A stretch of 64,000 bases of DNA from the human T2T-CHM13v2.0 reference genome, Homo sapiens, in assembly GCF_009914755.1 (NCBI RefSeq), contig NC_060934.1; one strand, 5' to 3'. Of the stretch, positions 1 through 15,286 are shown in pieces (the stretch's first letter is position 1; each line of letters starts with the position of its first letter). The notes beneath the pieces were generated by a model. That model searched no databases. It had not been told where the DNA came from and was given only the letters and a program-made list of their open reading frames with translations. The position numbers and the translations under genes are program-made.

Positions 1-1584
1 GCTGTGTTCTGTGGGAAGGAAAATTGCAAGTGGATATTGTTATAGGGTTATCTCTAGACCCTTCGTCACCTCCTGAGGAGGGCAGCTCTACTCCTGAAGG
101 CTACAGGAGTCTGAGTTTGCAGGAGCCAAACTGTACTCCCAAGAAGGAGAGAAAGATTTGGGACTGACAATCCATTGGTAAGACCCTACCAGGGTTAGAA
201 CACTGAATACTCCTGTACCAGTGGGATGCCAGTAAACAGTCCCCAGAACTCACCGCCTGCATATCATTCAGCCACTAGTGGCTGGACCTCTGACCCAGTA
301 GGGGTCCTTGGGGACCCTGATCATGTGTTCTGGAGGGCACCTGTTAGACTAGTTGGTGCTCTGTAGTTGCTTCCTAAATATTTTAATATCACCCTCGAGG
401 AACAAGAGAAACAGGAACCAATGAAACTTGAGGTTCCCTGGGCAGGAGGCAAGAAGGAGAATTACCACGGGGTTCCAGCATAGAGCTGTGGGGAGGAACA
501 ACATGTTGATGGCGGTTTCTGAGCTTGCGTGCCATTTGATACAGCTTCTGTTAAACCCATCCTGCTTGAACAAGATTCTTGCTGGGAGCTGTGAGAGGGC
601 TGAGCCCTTGGCCAAGGCAAAGTCAACCTGCAGGAGCAAGGAGAACAGTGTGCATTTGTGATAGATGTCTGTGTGCTGAGGTGCCAGGATGTCACTGGGC
701 TCACAGCCCCACAGCCCTGCTTGTCCTGGGAAGGGATGTGTTCCTGCTGGTGAGTCCAGGGGTCAGTGGGTACAGCCGGACACACCAGGGCAGAGAGTGG
801 CAAAATACAACTTGTGCTTATCTCCTTTGCTGTGTGGCTCATCGGGAAGAGGGCAGGTGTCGTATTAGCCATGCTTTCTTATAAAGAGGCAAATTCTCTG
901 ACGGTCGCAGGGACTGAAGCAGTAGCTATTTGGAATGCTCTCTCCACTGAACAGCCTACCCTTTCCATAAGGAGGACTTCCTGTTTCTGCCTGTCTCTGG
1001 TTTCCACAGTCAACAATGTTTTGCCCAGGATTGGATTTTTCTTTGCTTCTGCTTTGAGCACAAGCTCAGAGACTATAAAGGTGAATTAGACACTGCCTGT
1101 GGCTATCCCAGCCTAGTTGTGGGCATCAGCAGGTTCTTCAGGGACAACCCCTATGTGGCTGAGGGCATTCTGTTCCTCATGCTCAGTTTCTCTTCCATAC
1201 GAGGGGTTTATCTCATCTCTGTTTTGTACCTGTCTATACACTGGGCTGGACTTCCTTCCCCAACTCACAGAAGAGCCCCTCTCCCAAATGTGACTTAGAA
1301 TGTGTTCCCTGTTTAGTGGTCAAGCTCTCCTTGAAGTGTAATAAATTCTCCCTTTCCATCCCAAGTTTTCTGTCTACATTAGATGTTGAACCCCTCATAG
1401 TTACATTTCCAGAGTTCCTTGGACCTCCATTTTCTAATCTGTAAAACAGAAGGAATGAGGCTAGATGAATTTCAGATATTCTAGACATTTTATCACATTT
1501 TACACTTTGTTAATAGGTGCTAGTCCACAAAGCACATTTATGCAAGTTTTAATTAAAAGCATCTTCCTCCAAGACAGAGACTAT

Positions 1585-2077
1585 TCCAGGACCATGGCTT
1601 GGTGAGCAGAGCAATGGCTAGATTCAGCCTCTCCTTACGCTTTTGGCCAGGTACCCTTGTGTAGTGAATAACCTGCACAACCATACTGTATGAGTCTGTT
1701 CTCAAGCTGCTAATAAAGACATACCCGAGACTGGATGACTTATAAAGGAAAGAGGTTTAATTTATTCACAGTTCAGCATGCCTGGGGAGGCCTCAGGAAA
1801 CTTACAATCATGGCAGAAGGGGAAGCAAATACGTCCTTCTTCACATGGTGGCAGCAAGGATAAGCGCAGAGCAAAGGGGGATATGCCCCTTATAAAACCA
1901 TCAGATCTCATGAGAACTCACTCACTATCATGAGAACAGCATGAAAGTAACCACCCCGATGATTAAATTACCTCCCAACGGGTCCCTCCCACAACACGTG
2001 GGGATTATAGGAACTACAATTCAAGATGGGCTTTGGATGGGGACACAGCCAAACCATGTCACATATACATCAGCCTT
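1585..2077 (-). mobile_element. MER91-like hAT-Tip100 fragment, interrupted by the THE1 LTR
   Basis: The reverse complement reads caaggctg...gtatggttgtgcaggttattcactacacaagggtacctgg, resembling the MER91A terminus; it is split by the LTR at 1687-2061. Confidence 0.45.
1687..2061 (-). mobile_element. THE1 (THE1C-like) MaLR solo LTR
   Basis: Hallmark text gctgctaataaagacatacccgagactgg...ggggacacagccaaaccatgtca; near-perfect 5-bp TSD catac/catat. Confidence 0.93.
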
Positions 2078-2148
2078 GTTTTCCAAGTATCAGGAGGATA
2101 TACAATTGCTAAAAACAAGTAGACAATAGTCATAGTCTATATTCAGAA

Positions 2149-2381
2149 CAGTGGTTCTCAAGCAGGGGTGATTTTGGCCCCTTTCTCCAGGGGACATTTG
2201 GCAAACTCTGAAGACATTTTTGGTTGAGAAAATGAAGGGATGGGGTGGCAGGGGTGCTAATGGCACCTAGTGGTTAGAGCCGCTGCTAAACAAACATTCT
2301 GTAATGCACAGCACAGCCCCACCTAAAAATAAATAATTTTCCAACCCTAAATATCAACAGTGCCGAGGTTTAAAAACCCTG
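2149..2381 (+). mobile_element. MER20 hAT-Charlie DNA transposon fossil
   Basis: cagtggttctcaa...ggggacatttggcaa...aacagtgccgagg...aaaccctg termini and body typical of MER20. Confidence 0.85.
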
Positions 2382-3301
2382 GATGAAAGTACTAGCCATG
2401 ATAATAATTAGACATTGCACAAACAAAAATAAAAACTTAAGCGGGAAGTAGGAGGAAAAGTTTAAATTCGGAGCAACTTTAACAGATATTTCTGAATAAT
2501 GGTTTTGAATCTGTCTCTTTTTATGCCTGTTTGAACTACATGTCTGCTTACTGCAGTAGCTCCACCTTTGGCAAGAATACTGAATTCTCATTTGAGAAAT
2601 AAAGAAAAAGCCTGAAGCTTATAGCCCCTAAGGGTGGTTCCTTCAGTACTTTGTTGTACCTTTCCAAGCTTATAGAAACCCCTTGCTAAATTGCAGGTTC
2701 GAATTACAAAGAAAAATTTAAATTTTCATGCAGTGAACTTAACTATAAATTAATCTACAACTGAGTCTACAATTTGAATGTTTATTCTACACAAAAGTAC
2801 TAGGTAAAATGTTATTTAAAATCTTTATTATGTCTTTAGCTTTAAACAGTGATGCAAAAGTTATTGACCTTCAGAAGATACTAAAGAGGCAGTATGTGGT
2901 ATTTTATTATTGAAATTACATATTTACATAAACAGAAATATATATTAAATAGAAATTCCAATTGTAAAATGGAAAGCAGGTTAACTGCACACTAGTTTTG
3001 CTGCTGTTGGTCTTAACTTGAAAGAAAATTAAGAATCAGTTTTCGTTTAGGATGTGGAAACCTACATATAACAATGAGAAAAAGGCAGAAAAATCTATAG
3101 CAATTGTTAAGTTTTCTTGAGCCCATCAGAGGGCTGAAATCCAGGCAATCAAACAAACCAAATTCCTAAGAGGGACAGGCTCTATTAAGGGCTGAGGAGA
3201 CATAAAAACATTCACCTTACACAGAACATGGGAGAGAGAGGTGGCTGCCATACAGATGTGTAAAAAGAAATCAGTTAAAAGATGTTAAAACTATTAAAGG
3301 C

Positions 3302-3860
3302 TATAAAAGAAAATACAATTTCAGGGCTCTCTAAATTTATTATGCCAAGGGGGGATATTAAGCTCTGGAGACTGAGTCACATAGCATGTTTGCTATTCTT
3401 CTTCTTAGATTATGGACTATTTCTCTTCCTCATTGTTCTTGTTCTGTAAATGACTAGGAGAAACCAGAGGACAGACCCCTCACCTCCTAATCATCTATCT
3501 TTGTTAAAGATTCACTGCCTGCTTTTTTTGTCCTTACCCAACTCAGACCAGATGGGGCAAAAGACTCCAGGACTGTTAGATCTTTGGTGTGGAATGTCAA
3601 ATATACCTTTTCTTAAAGAAAAAAATCACCTTGACTGATTAGATCATAACTATGCATTAAGCCTTACATAGAATGATGTTGAAATTCTGTTAAGCTTTCC
3701 TAAACTTTGTTTATATAAATGATCCCAAACTTCTACATTTTGGAACACTGACTTCCATTCTTTGGAATCTCTGCTTTGTAGCTGGCTGTCCTTAAACTTT
3801 GTGCTTGTGTAAACTCTCTTTAAACTAGATTATGACCCTTTTGATTATTTTAGGTTGACA
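3302..3860 (+). mobile_element. ERV1 MER4-group solo LTR (MER87-like)
   Basis: Starts t(a)taaaagaaaata...attatgccaaggggg...ctgagtca and ends ttaggttgaca; 4-bp flanks aggc/aagc. Subfamily uncertain. Confidence 0.7.
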
Positions 3861-4533
3861 AAGCCACATGTGGGCTAGAATGTCAGTTTGGAATAACTGG
3901 GGGCCCAGACACAAAGGAAGTCAGAGACACATGCTCTTCTCCACATGGCTCCACCAGTTACTGAGAGAAAGATGTAGGGCAGGAGCCTGGAGCAAGCCCC
4001 CCTTGGTGGGGTAGGTGTTGGGGAGCTCTCTGTAGTTGTAGGGAGAATAAACACGATCCTCTCCCCAACCCTTCCCTCCTAGGAGAGAAGCCTTGAACTG
4101 TCGGGGGAGAGGCAGCAGACTGTCTTTCCCCAAAGGCACAGGCAAAAGACTGGTGTGCTAGGGAGGGTCAAAGAAAAATCTCCAACCCCCAGTGAAAGGG
4201 CAGGAAGCTGTGCTGGGCCCAGGATATCTTACTGCCAGGGAGGGGCAGGAAACTCTGGCCCAAGTCCAAGCTCAGATCCAAAGCAGTGTTTGGCTGCCAT
4301 GGGGAGGAGGGATGAGAATGCTGAGAAAGCCTCACCCCCAGGCCCAGGCACATGGTGCCTGCCTAAGACTAAGGCTAAACCAAAAGAACTGAGAACCACC
4401 TCTCTTCCCTTGCCCCTGTATCCCAAAATAGGCCCAGCACTGAATAATAGGCCAGAGTCATCTGCCACTGGGATAGGGGAGCTAAAAGCGTGGACAGAGG
4501 ATTCTCTGTGGCATGTGTAAGCCAGGCTGGCTG

Positions 4534-5290
4534 TGTTGGGGCTCAGAGAATGATACCCTAAAGTATGATTCTTTGGCATGCTGAGTACTTTTTCATTAAA
4601 GGGAATTGGAAGGTCTTAGAATCTGCCTCAGAACCAAAGACCTTCTAACCTTCTCCTGTTTCTTCCCTCCACCCTGAAACCCCAAGCACAGTAAGGGACA
4701 TTCTCTAGAAGTTTCCTCATCTGAATGAGAAAAAATTATTCCAAAAGAAATGCAATTGTCTTAAAACTCCCCCCCTAGAAATCTCATCAAATCACCAGGA
4801 AAGATGAACTACTAGAGAAGAGAAAAGACTAAAAGTCATCACCACATCCAGGCAGATTTTTCATCTATTCTTCTGAGGGCAGCTCTGAGATATTACCTGG
4901 AAGATGTTATCTGCATAATAAGACAACCTTTGTTCACAGGGAAGTCCCACCCCTCAATTTCCCAATACGTGTTGCCACCTTCCCCACAGCTCAGAGGAAC
5001 TTTGTCCCAGGCCATTGTCTATTCTTTGCGCTCGTTGGTTTTCCCTAAAAATAATTCACTACCCCTCAAAATTGCCTACATTCCCCCATCTTCCTCCCCC
5101 TATGAAGATGACAGTATTTAAGCTTCAGCCATCTGGCCTGTCCTTGAATCTCATATTTTGTATGGCTCCCATGCATACTTGCATATTAATGAATTTGTAT
5201 GCCTTGTCTCCTGTTAATCTGTCTATTGATAGTTCATTTCAACATTCTTGACCCTTCAGAGAGGGAGGAAAAATTCTCTTCCCCTCTACA
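4534..5290 (+). mobile_element. ERV1 solo LTR (MER34/MER39-related group)
   Basis: Starts tgttggggctcagagaatgataccctaaagtatg and ends cttcccctctaca (TG...CA). Exact subfamily uncertain. Confidence 0.7.
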
Positions 5291-6199
5291 ACAGAAAGCT
5301 GAGGGGCAAGCAGGAAACCTGGGAAAGAGTCTAGCACCTTGGCTCTCACACTAAGCACAAGATAACACGATTCCCACCTCTAGAGGAATTTGAAGCCTGT
5401 GGTCTATTGAAGGTAACAGTGGCAACAATAAAACCCATACCCACCTCAACTACTGACTAGATAACCTCAAACTCTGACACTAATGCTCTCACAGAACAAG
5501 ATATTGGGATGATTTATAGAATAAATAATATTTACCTTCATCTCTGCTGTCCTATACAGTCACAAATTATGAGATATACAAAAAAGCAAGGGAAAAAATT
5601 GTAAAGAGACAAAGGCGATCAACAGAAACAGACTCAGGGATGACTCAGATGTTGAGACTTTGAGATAGAGACCATAAGAATTATGATTAATAAGTTAAAA
5701 GAGTAATAGAAAAGGTAGATATCATGCATGAACAGATGGAGAATTTCAGCAGAGGGATGAAAAATGATAGAGTTAAATGGAAGTGCTAGAAAAAAACACA
5801 TGATATCAAAAATGAAGAGAGTCAATAAGTTTTTTTAATCCATGGGGACATCTGCATATAGATTCTTTAAGGGAATTGGAGCTTCACTGAAATAGTCTTA
5901 TGACATAAGGATAATTATATATATATTAGAGTCTTAGAGTTCAGCTGACAACAAATAATTTTGTATCTCCAAAGGATTTGAGATATTAAAAGTAATTATA
6001 GTTCTAAATAAGCCTTGTAATTAGAACTAAGATTCTATTGTAGCAATGGGAGGGAACTTTCATAACCTGAATGGACACTAATGAGAGTGGAGATCTCTGA
6101 GGCATAACACTCAGGACAGTCAGAATCCGATAGAATCACAAATGGAATTGAATTGGCTCCATAATTTTATAGGAAGAAAGAACCAACTTTTAATATATG

Positions 6200-7382
<1,183 letters not shown>

Positions 7383-7619
7383 TACGCACACCCAACTTAA
7401 AAATAAGCAATTATTTCTACAAAATTGTAGAAATATTCATTCATTTTTGTGAAAAACAAATGATTTCAAATATAGACAGAGGTGATCATTGATAGGTTTG
7501 GGACACCTCCAACTTATACATTCAAAAAAGAAAAAGAGAGATAGAAAAGTGTAACCTGTGGTCCCAGTCATTAAGCCAGTTGTCCAGAAAAGGGTATAAA
7601 ATTTCCTTTGATTTTGCTT

Positions 7620-8235
7620 TAACTTTTTATTAACCTATAATTTACATACATACACATAGGATATGTATCTGTAACCTATACTTTACATACACATATCCTA
7701 AGTGTGCAGCTTACATAACTTTCAAACTGAAAACACTTTTGCAACAAGTTCCAAAATCAAGGAATATAACACCAGCTTCTTTGAATTCTCCCTCATATTC
7801 CCTTGAAGTCTCTATCTTCTTCCAAAGCTAGCCATTATCCCTATATTAATTAGCATAGATTACTTTTGCCGTTTTGCTCATATGAAAATGGAATCATACA
7901 TTGGTACTATTTTCTGTCTGGCTTTTTTTCCTCAGCATGTTTGTGGGGTTCATTCATATTGCTGTGTGTGGTTATAGTTTATTTGTGCTCATTATTGGTA
8001 TAGTACTGTATTTTCTTGTTGACAGGCATTTGGGTTGTTTCCAGCTTAGGGTTATCATGAATAAACTATGAATAGCCTTTTACCAGGCATTGTGTAGGCA
8101 AATTTTTTTTTCCCCTTAGATTAATACCTATGGGTTGAATTGCTGAGTCATAAGGTATATGGATGCTGCCAAAGTGTTTATAAAAGTGGTCATAACAATT
8201 TACATCCCACTAGCAGTGTGTGAGAGTTTGCTGCT
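7620..8235 (-). mobile_element. Old L1M (L1ME-like) 3' fragment
   Basis: Reverse L1 3' end text (aatggaatcataca...tctggctttt...catttgggttgtttccag). Confidence 0.75.
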
Positions 8236-8424
8236 CCACTAGGGATATGAAATTTTAAGCAGCAGCAAAAACCACAAGCAAATGTAAAATTCGTATTGTT
8301 GCACACAGACTGTGAGAACCATAACTGTTCAGAAAGAATAAGAATTGGTGAGAGCAGGAGTGTGGGAGAAGTTCTTCCTGGACAGAGGATGGGATGGATG
8401 GGCTGAGGGGCACCTGTGAGACAC

Positions 8425-8625
8425 CCTTTGGTTCAAGGCCAGGTTCCATAACTGACCAGCTGCATGACCTTGGGAAAGTTACTGGATCAATCCGAGCCTC
8501 CGTTTTATCATCCGCAAAAAGGGGAAAATAAGAAACCTGCTCTTAGGCTGAAATGACAATTGTGCATGGAGGACACTGAGTATAGTGGCTAACACATAGA
8601 AACTTGCTATTTTATTACTATTATA
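8425..8625 (+). mobile_element. MIR SINE
   Basis: MIR core gctgcatgaccttgggaaagttact...gagcctccgttttatcatc. Confidence 0.75.
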
Positions 8626-10009
8626 AATAACAAAGTGGACAAGAATTGGGCTTTGCAGGATGGCTGGGACTGGCTCAGTGGATGGGCGGAAGAGCTCTTT
8701 GGAAAGGGGAGAACAGGAAAGAACGAAGCAGAGGATTAGCTTGGTATCTTCACAAGCTTAACAGAGGCAGGCCAAACACACAGGGACAATCCCTTCTCCT
8801 GCCTGTTTGTGTTTGTGTTTAGCACAGGGTGGCTTACTCCTGGAAGCCTCTGTGAAGTCTCCCACCTCCCAGCATCCATTCATAGGGGACTCATTTGAGT
8901 TAGCACCCAGAGGGTACTTCTCTGGTTGTACTTAACTATCTTAACTGAAACTGCTGGCTTATTGGCCTCTCTTTGTCCAGGAAAGGGTTGACCTCCATGA
9001 GGACAAGGCTTGGTGACTCACTGAAAACCATGGGCCTCCGTCCCTGGAAGAGGAATATTGTTTCATTCCAACAAAGGATTATTAAAACACTTACCATATG
9101 CCAGTCATTATGCTAAGTGACCTACAGTGTCGATGAGGAGACCTGTTGCAGTGTTTAGAGGTCAGCAAGAAGAAATTCAGTGTTTGTATCCAATAACTGA
9201 CCGAGCACAGGAACTTGTTTCTCCCATGAAGTCATGAAAACTTGCATTAAAAGAACATAAAGAACTGAACCAAATCAAGAAGAAAAGTTTCAATGACATG
9301 AGTGATGAATGATAACAAAGCGCAATTTATACCTTTTTGCAGCCATGATCCAGGTTAAAGTCCACCCAAAATAATAATTTCTAAGTAAAAATTAAGGTAA
9401 TAAGCATGGGTCAGATTAGATACTCTGGCTTTGTAATACAATTTATACTTCTGTTGTATGTTCTTCTTTAGCCACCTTAGGGTAGAACAAATGGAATCAT
9501 CTCCCCACCCACAGTATTCATTTGACTCCACTTTTCATTCCTGGACTGTACTTCGGAACAGTTGCACTGCCTGAGGGTGAGGAGGAAGGTGTGATTTGAA
9601 GGGAAGGAATGGATTTAGAAATGATGCACTCCCACACATTTGAAAATAAAATATTCGGTAACATCACAAAACACCTGATATTTAACTTTCCCAGGGAACA
9701 CCCTCAAGGAATCCAGAAAACTCCTGTAGATCTTTAGGTCACCTTGGGAATCAGGACATTTTTCTTAGAAGCTTAAAACAACCTTGGAATAGTCAGAAAG
9801 CACCAAAGAATTTCAAAGAAGGAGGAGAAAAGGGGTTATTGAAGTCAGAGAAGGAGGCGAGACTAGTACAGGCAGAAATGAGCAACTGCAGGACAGGGTC
9901 GGAGGCCAGCCAGATGCCAGCAACTCAGAGGCACCTGCCTTGGCCTGCATTTCTTAGGAGGCCAACCTGGAGGAAGATGTCTTTGTTGTGTAAAAAGTAG
10001 CCTTTTCTC

Positions 10010-10876
<867 letters not shown>

Positions 10877-10964
10877 AACAATGAACTTTCTGAAAGTATC
10901 TTTGTTTGCATTTGATTGTGCATGAGGTTCTTTATGAGGGAGGCTGGTGATGTGAGATGGAAAA

Positions 10965-11340
10965 AGCTTCATTAGGAGCTGGGGCTTGGCTCTGGCTCCT
11001 CCCAGCTACGTGGTCTTGACATTTAGCCTTGCTCCCTAGTTAGACCTCAGCTTCTTTATCAGAAAAATGGGGATAATAAATTACCTGCATCATAAAGTTA
11101 TTGTGGAGATTAAGAAGATAGTGAATTCAAGATCTCAGTGCACATAACAATAGCTGCTATTTACTGAGTGCTTTCTATGTGCTTTTGATATAACTCACTT
11201 AATCCTAGCAATTTCCATATGAGATATGTACTTCACTCGCAAGAAAACCAAGGCATAGAGTGGCTAAGAGGTAGAGCTAGAATTTGAACCCTGCAGAGCC
11301 CAGAGCTTCAGAGCTCAGGCTCTTTAACTACCACCCTATG
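10965..11340. mobile_element. Two adjacent MIR fragments (+ then -)
   Basis: cctcagcttctttatcagaaaaatggggataata (+ core) followed by ctatttactgagtgcttt...gctagaatttgaaccc (-). Confidence 0.7.
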
Positions 11341-11937
11341 ATTTTCCCCAAATAGCACATGCTCGGGAAATGACTGTTGGGATTCCATCAATAAATCCAA
11401 TATGTTTTTTTCCACTTTCTACCCCTGTGACTGTGGCAAGGGTCTTCAACTGAAGACAATCTTGTCATTTTGTGAAGGTGAAGTGAGGAGAGGGATGTAA
11501 AACAGCTGTGGTTGGTGCTTAGTAGCTGTTCACCTGAATTTCAGCTAGGATTAAAATTACAATTATTATTAGCTTTGAAATGCTGATTCCTCTTTCTTTG
11601 TATACTTAATGGGTACAGTAAAGGAGCAATGGGTTGTTTGTTCCCAGCTTTCAGATGTGATGTCTAAATGAGAATTGAAGTAAACCATGAAGGAACTGAG
11701 TTGCAAACACTTCTCTGATGACTACAGCAGGTGAATAATCAGCTCTGATATTTGATCACACCCTTTACAAGCCTGAACCCCTTTGTAGGTCCTTTGCCAT
11801 ATCCTCTACTTGTTTCTCTGTAGCTCAACCTACTGCCTGCCCAGGGCCATCAATAATAAATGTCCACAGACAGCTGAAGGACATTAAAGACAGATGGTGA
11901 TGGATCAGAGCACTCATCAGCCACTGGGTGTAGACTG

Positions 11938-12037
11938 TATAAAAAGCTGAGCCCAGAGGCCACCATGATCAACCTGCAACCTGGCAAGAAATGGACTCAA
12001 CTCCACAGACAGCAGTTGTCAGGGAGCCCAGGTGAGT
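11938..12037 (+). promoter_or_regulatory. Candidate TATA box with short downstream exon ending in a consensus splice donor
   Basis: TATAAAAAG at 11938-11946, GCCACCATG (ATG at 11965) and CAG|GTGAGT donor after 12031, all in non-repeat sequence. Motif evidence only. Confidence 0.3.
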
Positions 12038-12552
12038 GCACGGCTGCTTCATCTTTATGTACTTGTTATAGCACAAATGAGTCTATTTCCTTCCTTCCTG
12101 AAATAGCAAGGAGAAAATAGGAAATGCATGGTGCATAGTTTCTTTTTTTTTTCTCTTCTCTCCGTCTGTGTCATACTTTATTAACAAGGTCAAACCAAAA
12201 TCATACAGATGTTCTGGGACATCTCAGGTGAAACTGTTAACAGGCTAACTTTGTTCTTGCCATTGTCATCCTCCACTCCCCTTGTCATTTCCTGCCCCCC
12301 AATCCATACCTGTCAATACCCTCTTTCTGAAGAATGTGTCTCAATTCTTACTTCCCTGCTTTGCTTACATCAATAGTCACCTGGGTTTTATGACTCACCC
12401 TTTCAGGGTTCCATTTGATTAATACTTAATATGTTAATCTTACTCATACAATTTCATTGTGCAAACATATGAACACCTGTAGTGCTAGACATATTGAAGG
12501 ACACAAAGAAATAAAATGTGGTCCTTGCCTTGCAGAGACTAATGCTGCAGAC

Positions 12553-12731
12553 CAGTGATTCTCACTAAGTGTACATCTGAATTACCTGGAGGATTTGTTC
12601 AAACACAAACTCTTGGACTCCACAGTTTTTGATTCAATTGACAGGGAGTCAGGTCTGATCATTTGCATTTCTAACAACTCCCCAGGTGATGCTGATGCTG
12701 CTGATCTAGGAACCAGATTTTGAGAACACTG
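12553..12731 (+). mobile_element. MER5A hAT-Charlie fossil
   Basis: cagtgattctca...ctccccaggtgatgctgatgctgctg...tttgagaacactg termini. Confidence 0.85.
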
Positions 12732-14879
12732 AGCTAGCCTGAGACACACATGTCCATAGGTATTGAGATAATTGGTACAATAGTGGTTGTGTTGCTATGT
12801 TGGTGGAGGCCAGTTTCTTAATGGGTCATCCCAGAGAAGATGGAATCATTGATTGCTCACAGGTAACTTCTAGGCATGCAACAATGGAGAGAAGTGGTTT
12901 TCATGAGGCACATCGAGGCACTGTGGCAAATCAAGGAAGAGGGGTCTGGGGATGGGTAGCAACTTTGGCATCCCTGAGAACCACTTGTTGACTGACCCCA
13001 TGACCTTAGCTGGTACTTGCCCTGACTCAGGGCAAGAGAGGGATGTTTACACCAGAAAATGCTTGGTCTCCTCATGTTAGGGAATAATTCATTTTGTTTC
13101 TTTTTTAAGTGAATGTTTCAAAGACATTTGTGCCATTTGACAGATCTTTCAATAAATAATGACAACACCAAGGTGAAGACACTCATGTTCACACAACCAA
13201 CACATAACAAGTCATTGTCCAGAGGAGGTGTGAAGAACAAGGGGAAGAGATGGTCCTTGCACTCTGGAGCTCTCATCAGCCTCATTGAGGGGCCTCTAAG
13301 GAGCCCTAGGATCCACGACACAAGGAAGCAGCTGAGCCATGCCTCATTTATTCATTTGTTTCTTCATTTCCTCTATAAACAAGCATTGTATTATTATTTT
13401 AGGAACATTATTGAGCCCCTGACAGAGGAATTGGGAATAAAAATGAATGAGACTCATTCCTCTTATACTGTAATTCAGATTAAGCTTCTGGGTAAATTTG
13501 GTGAGTTTTTAACATGCATCTATGACTATTCCCTCTTGAAACAACACTAAAATGACAGAAAAGGGATATTTTGAAAATATAAACCCTCAAGGACAGGGAG
13601 GATGAGAGAGATGAAAATAGCAATAACAATTTGGAAGCTGGGAAGCAGACAGACAAGGGTAAAAACACTAATCTGGATCCTAAACCTGCAATGGAAAGGC
13701 TGAAGCCAACTTGCTTTCCAGAATACCCTAAAGGACCTGGAATTACTGCAATGGTATATCTGTAAGTGGACGTTAAGGGAAGGAACTAAAATAAGAACGA
13801 GGAAAAAGTGGCATCAGAAGTGATTGGTTCCCAGGTTTCTCCTCTCCCTTCTGGAAGACTAGTTTTCCCTCCCTCTGGAGAGGATAAAACAGGATTTCAC
13901 GAATGGTTTGGCACAGGAGTGCCATACCCAAAATAGAAAAAATAAGCACTGAATGCTGAATGCCAAGCGTCCAGCCCTCTTCCCCAAGTTGACCTCACAA
14001 TGCTGGTGATTAGGAACCTGCCTCCCCGCAATCCTCACAACAAAGCAGAAAATGAGGAGAGACCTAAATATCCGTTCATCAGACATTCTACAAATAAAAG
14101 ATCCCACCAGTTCACAGCTTTGAAGTCTGCAATCAACCAGCTCCACACACATGCTCAGAGGCTCCAGTCCCCCACTTTTAAATATAAACAGACAACTAGG
14201 GATGGCCAGGCAGCTGAGGAAATCCTCTAACATGGAAGATGGAATTACAAACAAAACAAACTTTGAAGAAACAAGCTACGAAGGGAAAAGGAAATTTCAG
14301 AAAATCTGTACTAGGTATCCTCAGAGATACAAAAGAAGACATTGTAACAGTGAAATAAGAACAAGATGTCATTAGAAGGAATATTCTGTCAACAATAACA
14401 GTGCAACAACAAAACCATTAGATATTTAAAACATAAGAAAAATAAAATGTACTATAACACGTGGAAGATGAAAACCTCAGAAAGTAGAGTGTAAAAAGAC
14501 AAACAAAAATAAGGAAGAAGGGATAAGACCCCAAGGACCAACCTAGAGGTGCAACATCTCAATAACAGGTCTAGGAAGAGAAAAGGAAGAAAACAGGAGG
14601 CAACCATCTTTTTATGAAATTATTCAAGAAAATGTAGCAGAACCTGAAGGGGCCCACTGAGTGCTCAGCACCATGGATGAAAATAGACACTCACTACTGT
14701 ACATAATGGTAAACATTTCAGAAAAGTAGGAACAAAAAGATCTTACAACTTCCAGAGAGTAAAGGCCGTTCATATGTGAAGGGTCAGGAACCAGAAGGGC
14801 TCTAGCCTCTCTAAAGCATCACTCAAAGTTAGAAAGTAATGGAAGGACCTTTAACAATCCCATAGGGAAATGGTCTCCC

Positions 14880-15286
14880 TAATAGATGCTGTCAGTGTCC
14901 ACTTGTATTCCCAGTACTCCCTGAATCTGTGCACGATGACTTGATGGCTTCCAGGACAAGCATCTATAACTCTGGGCTGAGGACTTTCTTGGGACACTCT
15001 GAAGGAAAGTGAATGCCCCAGGAGCAGGAGTAGCCACAGTCTTCAACTGAGGATGGGCTCTCTTGCCCTTCAGGTGAGGCATCTCTGAGGTGTGCTCTAT
15101 GCAGTCTCCCAGAGTTCCCCAGCAAGACTGAGGCCCAGTTGCCCACAATGGTAACCTGTTCCTTCCTGTCCCTGTCTCAAGTCCTCATTCTCCTCTTGAT
15201 GCTCCCAGGATCACCTCCCAAATACAATAATTACCCTAACTTCCTTGTCTTGGGATCTGTTCCTGAGGAAACCCAAATTAAAACAC
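14880..15286 (+). mobile_element. LTR16-family ERVL solo LTR (LTR16C-like)
   Basis: ccccagcaagactgaggcccagttgcccaca...gatcacctcccaaata...gaaacccaaattaaaaca. Confidence 0.7.

Larger units (their letters stand above)
3040..5825 (+). mobile_element. Ancient L1M 5'UTR/ORF1 fragment, interrupted by two LTRs
   Basis: 5560-5825 has degenerate L1 ORF1 N-terminal text (atgactcagatgttg...catgcatgaacagatggagaatttcagcagag); the upstream pieces resemble an old L1 5'UTR. Boundaries are approximate. Confidence 0.65.

Noticed and set aside
349-1089. Overlapping ORFs of 60-136 aa on both strands
   Set aside because: No recognisable domain, mostly non-ATG starts and no exon structure; compatible with chance at this GC content.
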